Shown here: positions 29,994 through 38,606 of the stretch, piece after piece
How the letters are laid out: every line of letters starts with the position of its first letter
Numbering within the stretch: position 1 is the stretch's first letter
From: an uncultured Bacilli bacterium
GTDB lineage: Bacteria; Bacillota_I; Bacilli_A; RFN20; CAG-288
DNA: 64,000 nucleotides
Direction of reading: 5' to 3'
Assembly: GCA_944371605.1 (NCBI GenBank)
Contig: CALVXU010000002.1
Location: forward strand, 27,754-91,753
The notes under the pieces: generated by a model
What the model was told of the DNA's origin: nothing
The model's input: the letters and a program-made list of their open reading frames with translations, nothing else
The model's database searches: none
Position numbers and translations under genes: made by a program

Positions 29994-30605
29994 TTATTTG
30001 ATGATTTTTAATTTATCATTTATTGCGAAATGCAAAGTTATCGCCACCTGAATAGGTATCATTAAAATGAATAAAGGCCAAATATTATATTGTATGAACT
30101 GCAGATAACACGCGATGACTAGAGTCCAAAAAAAGATCGTTTGAACAACAAAATTATATACCTTATTTTTCCACACTTTTTGGAAAAATAATAAAACCAA
30201 TGATGTCGCAGGCAATGACCAAACAAATATTTGCCAAAAATTAATGTTGGAAATAAAAAATAAATAAGTATAAATTATGCCAGCGAGTATCCAAACGAAG
30301 GAACAATATAGTGTTTCTATCAATGCGTTGTTGATAACAATCGTTTTGTTCATGCGATTAACATATTGTATCTTGTTTTCAAAGCTATTTTCATCAACTA
30401 AAAAATCTAATGACACATTATAAAATTGGCACAACTTATAAAGTGTTTCAATATCGGGCAATGTATCTCCATTTTCCCATTTACTAATCGCTTTATCACT
30501 ATATCCAAATTCATCAGCTAACTCGCTTTGAGTCATTTTTTTATTCTTTCTTAAACTGATAAGGTTTTTAGCGATAATCGCACGTATATTTTTGCTTTCT
30601 TCCAT
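29994..30605 (-). CDS. Membrane-embedded XRE-family transcription regulator (N-terminal HTH + four C-terminal TM helices; BcrR-like architecture)
   Basis: HTH: LRKNKKMTQSELADEFGYSDKAISKWENGDTLPDIETLYKLCQFYNVSLDFLV. This is followed by four hydrophobic helices. Confidence 0.8.
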   Translation of the reverse strand: MEESKNIRAIIAKNLISLRKNKKMTQSELADEFGYSDKAISKWENGDTLPDIETLYKLCQFYNVSLDFLVDENSFENKIQYVNRMNKTIVINNALIETLYCSFVWILAGIIYTYLFFISNINFWQIFVWSLPATSLVLLFFQKVWKNKVYNFVVQTIFFWTLVIACYLQFIQYNIWPLFILMIPIQVAITLHFAINDKLKIIK

Positions 30606-30640
30606 ACATTTATATTACAAATCATGGGCAAAAATGTCAA

Positions 30641-30693
30641 ACTCTCTTAAAAAGAGAGTCCTATTTTCAACTCTCTTTTTAGGTTTCTCTCTT
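30641..30693. promoter_or_regulatory. Cluster of (A)CTCTCTT motifs, including a perfect inverted repeat, in the divergent intergenic region
   Basis: ACTCTCTT (30641-48)-aaa-AAGAGAGT (30652-59). ACTCTCTT repeats at 30670-77 and CTCTCTT at 30687-93, abutting a TATAGT -10-like hexamer at 30694-99 that has no good -35. Confidence 0.4.
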
Positions 30694-30761
30694 TATAGTG
30701 ACATAGAATTTGGACTTTGCTTTAATTACTATGGCTTTTTAGCTAGAAAGGGTATATCAAA

Positions 30762-31640
30762 ATGACAAAAGAGAAAAAATCAACTATCATCATGGTCTCT
30801 GGTATCTTATCATCTCTAGTCATAGGTGGTATAACAGGTACTATTATCGCTTTTACCCTCTCTGATAAAGGCGTCGATTATTCACAAGTTCATGTCAACG
30901 AAAACGATCAAAAGGCTCTATATGAGGAATACCTAAAGAATCCTCGTGATCCATTAGAATATAAGCCATATGAATTAGCTAATATCGCTTTTTATAAATA
31001 TTCCTTAAATGAATTTACAAGAAGCGAAATCAATTCTTCAGCAGTCGCTATGGGTGTATCTCAAGTGACCAATGGTCAAAGTATTAAAAATAAAGATATC
31101 AGTTTCAGCGAAAGCGTCTCTTCTTCTGCTTTCGTAAAAGTCGCGAAAAGATTTTATGTTCAAGATGATAAAGTCGATATTTATAACGGAAAACTTATAG
31201 ATGATAAAAATGGTTTAGGCGGTCAATATTCTGCTTGTGAAGAGATGAGTGTTGAGGAATATAAAGATTCTTGGGGAAAAGACTTGAGTAACCCTGTCAT
31301 CTATACAATCACTTCTGAAACCACATTAAACACCTCTTCAATCACTGAAAACGATAATGGTTATCTAATCTCTCTAGATTTAGACCCATTAAAAAGTGTC
31401 ACCAGATATGTCAAACAAATGATGCAGATGTCTAGCTTGTCCGATGCTCCAGAATTCGATTATGTCCATGTCGAATTCAGTTTAGACTCAGATCTGAATT
31501 TGTTAGAGATGAATGTTAAAGAAGCTTACTATGTATGGGTTGTAGGAAAAAATTATACCGAGGCTACTTTAACTGAAAAGTACATGATACTAGATGAAGA
31601 AACTCCTATCCCTTCTATCGATAATGTCGTTTATTACTGA
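30762..31640 (+). CDS. Uncharacterised N-terminally membrane-anchored extracytoplasmic protein (292 aa)
   Basis: A single N-terminal TM helix (IIMVSGILSSLVIGGITGTIIAF), then a hydrophilic domain. RBS AAGGG. The next gene starts 9 nt after its stop. Confidence 0.6.
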   Translation: MTKEKKSTIIMVSGILSSLVIGGITGTIIAFTLSDKGVDYSQVHVNENDQKALYEEYLKNPRDPLEYKPYELANIAFYKYSLNEFTRSEINSSAVAMGVSQVTNGQSIKNKDISFSESVSSSAFVKVAKRFYVQDDKVDIYNGKLIDDKNGLGGQYSACEEMSVEEYKDSWGKDLSNPVIYTITSETTLNTSSITENDNGYLISLDLDPLKSVTRYVKQMMQMSSLSDAPEFDYVHVEFSLDSDLNLLEMNVKEAYYVWVVGKNYTEATLTEKYMILDEETPIPSIDNVVYY

Positions 31641-31649
31641 GGTTATTAA

Positions 31650-34526
31650 ATGAGAACTTTATTTAAAAGATTAATAATATGGTCTAGCGTCTTCTTAGTC
31701 TCGGCAGGAACTGGTTTTGCATGTTCATTCGACTATAAAAGTCTAGATAAAAATAATAATAGTGCGAATAGTTCTAGTCAGAATGATGAGAATACATCAG
31801 ATAAACCTAACATCAGGCCACAACAAGCACTGATGAATAGTATCGTTTCTCTAAAACAGGCAGAAATAGATGGCGCTATCAATATCATCGCTGATAACCA
31901 AACTATAAATGTCGGTCTTGATGGTTTGTTAGCTCTTGACACAACTGATTTAGAAAACACCCGTTTTGAAGGACATGCCGATATCGATATCAATAGCACT
32001 GAAATCGATGGAGAAATCAATTATTACGATGGCAAAATTTTTGTCGAGTACGAAAATTCGAAGGTTTATCTTGAAACAACATCATTATTAGATTTCATAC
32101 AAATGATTCCTAGCTATGGATTAAACCTTTCTCTACCTGAAGAATTAACTGATATCGATATCAATAGCATCATGTCAAAATTAGATGCAATGGAACCTGA
32201 AAAAGTAAACGATGGATATCTTTTCAGATTAGAATTGACCGATACTATCGATTTATTATTAAAAAGCGATGATGAATATAATTTCACTGGAGTAAAAACT
32301 AACAAATTTTATTTTGAAAACACCTATATCTATTTAGATTTCAATCTCATTCAACATCCTGAAGCCGATTTGACATTCACTGAGCCAAACATTCTCGAAT
32401 ACCAAAACTTTTCACCCGCTTTTGATTTGGTCAACGCTATATATAATACGTTCACAAAAGCAAATAGCACCATCAATCTTTCTTTGGATATCTCTTATCT
32501 TGATAGACCTTATTTAAATTTTGATGGCGACTTATCTTATGATACCGATTTTTCAGCAGTATCTTTTGATGGAGGAATCAAAGAGGTAGAACATAATAGG
32601 GCCCATCGATTTAACCTCGGATATCAAGAGAACAATCTAATAGTCAATTACAACAACTTGAAATTCAAGATTGAAAAACAAAGCATAAGTGCAATTTTAG
32701 GCTATGTTTTAGAAAAAGTCGATGATAATTATTTACAAGAAGCTTTCAACAAAATAGATGAGCTTTTACAAAATCAAGATTTTCAAAATATCGCTAATGA
32801 TTTGAACTTGATCAATAACATCATTAAAGATATCGAAATCTCAGACTCTTTAATCGTTATCTCTTTAGATTTGACGGCATTAGGTTTAGATGCTGATAAA
32901 ATCACTATCAAAGTCGATTTCAGTGAAAAAGAATTAAACTCTATAGAAGTCAAAGGATTAAATATTAACGGATATAAAGCCGATATAGGTCTTTCATTAA
33001 AACAATACACACCTATAAATTACAATCTTAATGATTACGTATCAATCGATCCAGCGCTATGTCTCTTAGAGGCATACGAAGGTTTGTTAAAAGAAAATAG
33101 ATTTAGATTAGAGTTTTCTGGAACAGTTGATGATCAAAATGAAACCACTTCTGATATTAATATGAAAGGTGGTTTACAATTTGACATCGCCAACAAATAT
33201 GGCTATGGTGAATTAGATCTCAAAGATGCTAACGATTACAATCATAACATCAAGTTAGATATGAGAAGCTTTGATGAGATTTTATTCACTTACAACGAAC
33301 AGACAAAAGGCAGATTCTCCAGTGACTTCTTCACTGATGTCGTAGATATGGCGAGTGAAATTTTAAATAATAAAGATGATCATTTCTATGAACTATTTGG
33401 TGATCTGATGAATTCTATGTCTTCTCTGCCGTTGATGGAAGCGATCAATTCTAAAGATTACGGAAAATTATTTGAAATAGGTTTAGTCAATTCTTTAAAT
33501 GTTTCTGAAAATAGCATCGATTTACAAATCAATGGTGGACTATTAGGGATAGATTCAACCTTAAATCTCGAATTGATATTTGATTCTCATGCTGCTAATA
33601 GTGCTGAGATTATTAAATCGTTAAGAATTTATGATTTTGAGTTTGAGCAGAATATCTATTCGCTTGAAATCAATTTAAAACAATTCGATGATGGGTTAGA
33701 AGAAACCCGTCTTGATCCTTCCGATACCTATATCGATTTTAATTCGCTAGCAGTTCTATTAAGATTAGGAATCAATACTTCTATTTATAATCATTATCAT
33801 TTCAGTGGCGAAGCTAGCCTAAATGTTTTAGGTATTAATATCGATCTTCCAATAGATTTAAAAATATTAAATGAAAGCGGTGATGTCTCTATCGCTATAG
33901 AATTAGAGAAGATTCCTTTAATTCCAGGAGTCAATAGTGAGGTCAATGGATTACATTTCAACTCCAATAGAAAAATGAGCATCTATTATACTGATGGATA
34001 TTTCTATTTACACAGACAAGAAAAAGCCTCTCCGAATATCTTAGCTTGGAATAAAACTGATTATGAACTCACTGCCAAAGTTGAATCTCAATATTTCTTG
34101 GACAATATAATTTATTACTTATGTGATTTCACTTTAGGATTAAGTGACTCAATTTTAAACAAAATCGGTGACAGTTCTGATGAATCAAATGATAATTCAA
34201 TTATTCACTATGAAAATATATTGAGTGACTTCTCCTATAATGATCAGGTAGAAAGACCATATTTCCACTTTGGAATCAATATGCTTGAATTAACAAAGAT
34301 GGATATGTTTAGTGATTTAGGCGTAAATGTTTATATCAATCCAGAGGATAATACTTTGAGTGGAATCAGTCTCAATCTCAATTTAGATATTCTTGTACAA
34401 ATCAGTATTAACGCTAATTTAGACATCGTCGATCTTGGGCAGGAATTCACTTTAGATGCTCTATTAAATTTCACAAGCGCCCATATCAATGATGAACTGA
34501 ACACGACGATAGAAGTTTTTCACTGA
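31650..34526 (+). CDS. Uncharacterised large (958 aa) secreted/possible lipoprotein, Asn/Asp/Ile-rich
   Basis: Signal sequence ending VSAGTGFAC, followed by an Asn/Ser-rich linker. GAGG RBS. No motif I recognise. Confidence 0.6.
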   Translation: MRTLFKRLIIWSSVFLVSAGTGFACSFDYKSLDKNNNSANSSSQNDENTSDKPNIRPQQALMNSIVSLKQAEIDGAINIIADNQTINVGLDGLLALDTTDLENTRFEGHADIDINSTEIDGEINYYDGKIFVEYENSKVYLETTSLLDFIQMIPSYGLNLSLPEELTDIDINSIMSKLDAMEPEKVNDGYLFRLELTDTIDLLLKSDDEYNFTGVKTNKFYFENTYIYLDFNLIQHPEADLTFTEPNILEYQNFSPAFDLVNAIYNTFTKANSTINLSLDISYLDRPYLNFDGDLSYDTDFSAVSFDGGIKEVEHNRAHRFNLGYQENNLIVNYNNLKFKIEKQSISAILGYVLEKVDDNYLQEAFNKIDELLQNQDFQNIANDLNLINNIIKDIEISDSLIVISLDLTALGLDADKITIKVDFSEKELNSIEVKGLNINGYKADIGLSLKQYTPINYNLNDYVSIDPALCLLEAYEGLLKENRFRLEFSGTVDDQNETTSDINMKGGLQFDIANKYGYGELDLKDANDYNHNIKLDMRSFDEILFTYNEQTKGRFSSDFFTDVVDMASEILNNKDDHFYELFGDLMNSMSSLPLMEAINSKDYGKLFEIGLVNSLNVSENSIDLQINGGLLGIDSTLNLELIFDSHAANSAEIIKSLRIYDFEFEQNIYSLEINLKQFDDGLEETRLDPSDTYIDFNSLAVLLRLGINTSIYNHYHFSGEASLNVLGINIDLPIDLKILNESGDVSIAIELEKIPLIPGVNSEVNGLHFNSNRKMSIYYTDGYFYLHRQEKASPNILAWNKTDYELTAKVESQYFLDNIIYYLCDFTLGLSDSILNKIGDSSDESNDNSIIHYENILSDFSYNDQVERPYFHFGINMLELTKMDMFSDLGVNVYINPEDNTLSGISLNLNLDILVQISINANLDIVDLGQEFTLDALLNFTSAHINDELNTTIEVFH

Positions 34527-34632
34527 TAAAGATGATTATTTACGCACATTTGTAGACAAGCAAATCATCTTGAATTATACTTCTCATAATGATTTATAAT
34601 AGTTAGTCATTAGCGAATAGTAAATAAACGAG

Positions 34633-35439
34633 ATGTTATTAGCAAATTATCACACCCATACTAAGCGTTGTGGACACGCCACTGGTGAAGACGAAGATTA
34701 TGTTTTAGAAGCTATAGGTCATGGCTTTAAGCATTTAGGGTTTTCTGACCATGCTATGCTTCCTGGGTTTAGTGAACCATATAAAAGAGGCGACTATACT
34801 CTTTTTTCCGACTATGTTGACTCAATAAATAATCTTAAGCAAAAATATGATGGCAGAATCACCATTTATTTGGGATTTGAAGCAGAATCATATCCTTGTT
34901 ATTTTCCGTTTTATAAAGAATTATTGACTAATAGCGTGCTGGACTACATGATTTTAGGCAACCATTCTGCTATGAGCGAAGATCATAAAGTCTATGCCCA
35001 TTTTTCTAATATCACTAGCCCTTCACAATTATATCTCTATAAAGATTTAGCTATTAAAGCTATTTCAACTGGGATGTTTTCAATCTTTGCTCATCCGGAT
35101 TATTTTATGTCTTCAATAGCCAACTTTGACAGTGATTGTAAAAAGGTTTCTAAAGCTATCATTGAAGCTTGCATAGCATATGATGTTCCTTTAGAAGTAA
35201 ATGTCGCTGGAATAAGACATGGTGAAAGACAGATTGGAAACAATCGAAGGTTTTTATATCCAACTGATGAGTTCTTTAAATTAGTCAGCAAATATAGAGC
35301 TAAATGCATCATTGGAATGGATGCTCATGCGCCAGACCAATTGATGAATGAAAGCGCAGTTTATACTGCTGTACGCTTCTGTAAAAAGCATGATTTAAAT
35401 GTGATTGATATATTAGACAAGATAAAAAGAAGACGTTAG
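34633..35439 (+). CDS. PHP-domain histidinol-phosphatase family (HisJ/HisK-like) protein
   Basis: N-terminal YHTHTKRCGHA metal-binding motif, with later HPDY and DAH motifs typical of PHP phosphoesterases. Confidence 0.75.
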   Translation: MLLANYHTHTKRCGHATGEDEDYVLEAIGHGFKHLGFSDHAMLPGFSEPYKRGDYTLFSDYVDSINNLKQKYDGRITIYLGFEAESYPCYFPFYKELLTNSVLDYMILGNHSAMSEDHKVYAHFSNITSPSQLYLYKDLAIKAISTGMFSIFAHPDYFMSSIANFDSDCKKVSKAIIEACIAYDVPLEVNVAGIRHGERQIGNNRRFLYPTDEFFKLVSKYRAKCIIGMDAHAPDQLMNESAVYTAVRFCKKHDLNVIDILDKIKRRR

Positions 35440-35493
35440 ATTTAATTTTTTATACGAAGAATTTCTGCTGATGATTTTCTGAGCACCAATAAA

Positions 35494-35523
35494 ATTGCAA
35501 TATTTTTGACACTTATTGCAATA
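35494..35523 (+). promoter_or_regulatory. Perfect 9-bp direct repeat ATTGCAATA-N12-ATTGCAATA upstream of the GH29 gene (LytTR-type spacing)
   Basis: Repeats at 35494-35502 and 35515-35523, 21 bp centre to centre. TATAAT at 35546-35551 with no good -35. GH29 ATG at 35582. Confidence 0.5.
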
Positions 35524-35581
35524 CCTTTCACTGAAACCGCTTACTTATAATATTTTCATAATCAGCGAAAGGAAGATAAGA

Positions 35582-38541
35582 ATGTCAAAAAAACTAAACT
35601 CGAAACTTAAAGCAGTAGTTGGTTTTGCCTTTTCTCTTTTTCTCATCACCTCTTGTACTTCTATAAGTTCTCATAGCGCAGGTTCTTCATCGCAAAGCGA
35701 TAAACCTATCTCTTCAAATTCTAGTAAACCTGATTCATCAAAAGATAACCTTTCTTCTTCGAGTAAAGAAGATAATACTTCTTCATCAAGCACTGGAAAT
35801 GAAGAGGAAGATGATAAACCCTTTGAGCGTGGTGAAAGCGGACCAGTTTTAACTGGAAAGCCATATCCTTTAGAAGATATTCCTAACGCACCTGAAGCTT
35901 ATGGACCTGTGCCTTCTAACTCCCAAATGAAATATTATGATGAAGGTCTCTCAATGTTCATACACTTCGGCATCAACACTTTTACAGATGCTGAATGGGG
36001 TGATGGAACAGAAGATCCAAACGATTTCCAACCGACAGATTTAGATACTGATCAATGGGTGAGAATCGCAAAAGAAAACGGATTTAAACGTATTTTATTC
36101 ACTGCTAAACATCATGATGGCTTTGTCAATTATCCGACAAAATATACCGATCATTCCATCGCCAGCTCCACTTGGATGGATGGAAAAGGCGATGTGCTCA
36201 GATCCTTCATTGATTCTTGTGAAAAATATGATGTAGGCGCTGGTATTTATTTATCTCCTTGGGATAGAAATATGCCATGTTATAGCACAGATATCGATCC
36301 TGACTACAATGATGTTTATGTCGATATGATCAAAGAAATTTTCGAAAATTATGGTAATGAAAATCAAGATAACATCGTTGAATTTTGGCTAGATGGTGCT
36401 TGCGGTGAACCGGCGACTCGTCCGACCTATGATTTGCTAGATGGTGGGAAACCATTTATGGATATAACAATGATGTCGTCATCAAATCTGAATATGGTTC
36501 AACTGTCCATTGGATAGGTGATAAAGAATGTAATCTCGGATGGGGCGGTGATCAAAATTGGCAAACCTATAATAAAGAATATCTATGGGGTGGATTCCCT
36601 GATAAATATAATAAAACAACAGAATTCAACAAATATTTGAACAATGGTGTTCCTTATATCGAAGGAAAAACTGGAAAAGAAGATGCAAATATTTGGTCAG
36701 TTTCCGAGGCTGATATCTCCATCAGAACTACAGAAAGCGGAGAAACAGGTGCTTGGTTCTATAGCCCGACTGACAAGACTAGATCAGTAGAAAACTTGAT
36801 AGATATCTATTTTAACTCTGTCGGAAGAGGCGGTGTCTTTTTGCTTAATGTTCCTCCGACAACTGCTGGCCAGTTTGAACAATGCGATATCGATGCCTTA
36901 GAAGAATTCAATGAAATATTAACCAATACTTTCACTAATGATAAAGCGTTAAATGCAGAAGCTATCGCTTCTAGCACAAGAGATGATAGCGGAAATTTCG
37001 ACGCTTCTAATCTGACTGATACAGATTATGATACATATTGGGCTTTACCAGATGATCAAACATCAGGAACAGTGACAATCAATTTTGAACAACCGACTTA
37101 TATGGATGTTGTTGAACTTCAAGAATACATTCCTTTGGGTCAAAGAATTCATGATTATAAAGTAGAAGTGCTTGTCGGTGATACTTGGTTAGACTATGGA
37201 AGTGGAACAACTATCGGCTATAAGCGATTAGTCAAGGGAAAACCAGTGACAGCTGATGCTATTCGAGTGACTGTCGATGGTAATGCTACACCTATTTTAA
37301 ATCATATCGGCGTATATAAAACTGATAAAAGAGTCGAAGAAGAAGTTGAGTTCACTTCTCCTGGCACCATCGAAGCTAGCAAATATTCTGAGAAATCAGG
37401 CGATGTAAAGAAACAGACCAAAGGTGGAATCTCTAATTTAGGCAGTATTAAAAATGGTAATGCCGTCAAATATTCAGATATCCTCTTTAACGCCACGCCT
37501 GACACTATTTCTTTCAACTACGCTGGCGCTGGTAATCCGACTGATGCTGATACTACAGTCACTATTAGACTTGATGAAAAAGATGGCCCAGTCATCGCAA
37601 CAGTAGATCTTGCATCTACAGGTAGTTACTATAATTACGTCACTTCTCCAAGCTTTGAAATCAGTTATGATAAAGAAATAACTGGTTATCACGATTTATG
37701 GCTTTCATTCCAAGGTGGAGCTGGCTCAGGCGAAAATGCTGGAATAAATTTTGCCTCTTTCTCATTAGAAACAGCTAATACTATCAATTTTGAACAAAGC
37801 GAGGTTTTCGCAGATAACTCAACCGGAAAAGTCGAGCTTAAAGTCAAGCGCACTAATGCGAGCGATCAGTCAAAGTTGAGGATTCAAACTCTCGATTTAA
37901 CAGGATTAAGTGGTGTCAACTATCAAAAATTAGATTCTGAAATCACTTTTGCCGAAAACGAGACTGAAAAGACAATTGAGATACCTCTTTTAGATAGTCA
38001 ACTTGAAAACAGTTACTTTGACTTCAAAGTGCAAATCGCTGATGCTGAAAACGCCTATATCGGCACAAAAGATGAAGTTGTTGTCAATGTGATGGAAGAA
38101 AATGAAGCTCAAAACTATCGAATCGGCACTTCTGTGACTATGAGTGTAAAAGATATCAAAGTCACCGGTGAACAAGCGACAGATGATGAGATCACTTCGA
38201 CCACTCTCAGCATCACTGGTGCTGATGCTAAAGGCGGTGGTAAAACTGGCACGATTAAAAATGGTACCGGTGATGGATTCACGGCTAATGGCAAAAAGCA
38301 AATAGCTCACATATTCATCGAAAATAAAGGTGATACTGATGTAAACATCAGATATTATCTCAACACTTCAAAGGTCTCTAATGATTTAAACGGCGTCACT
38401 CTCACCATTCCAAGCAAATCAACAGCCGACGCATATTTCTCATTTACCTTAGAAGAAAATAGCGATGTTTATAGCGCATTCTTATTATGCACTAATATCC
38501 CTGATACCGATCTCGTCTTCACAGGATATCTGTTTAACTAA
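35582..38541 (+). pseudogene. GH29 alpha-L-fucosidase lipoprotein with F5/8-type-C (discoidin), CBM-like and Calx-beta-like modules, interrupted by a 1-nt frameshift near 36433-36436
   Basis: Lipobox LFLITSC plus a Ser-rich linker. GH29 core FIHFGINTF, LFTAKHHDGF, YLSPWDRN, EFWLDGA. The frame breaks after ...RPTYD and resumes in the adjacent frame (open from 36433) as FARWWETIYGYNNDVVIKSEYGSTVHWIGDKECN..., continuous to 38541. Track fragments: 35516-36517 and 36637-38541. Confidence 0.8.
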
Positions 38542-38606
38542 TAATTTCAACTTCTAATTAGTTCCAATAGGTATTCGATAGCTCAGAAATCAGTTATAAT
38601 TATTCT

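Noticed and set aside
36433-36435. Programmed frameshift or phase-variable tract in the GH29 gene
   Set aside because: The tract is only T3. There is no slippery heptamer or downstream structure that I can recognise. A mutation or sequencing error is more parsimonious.
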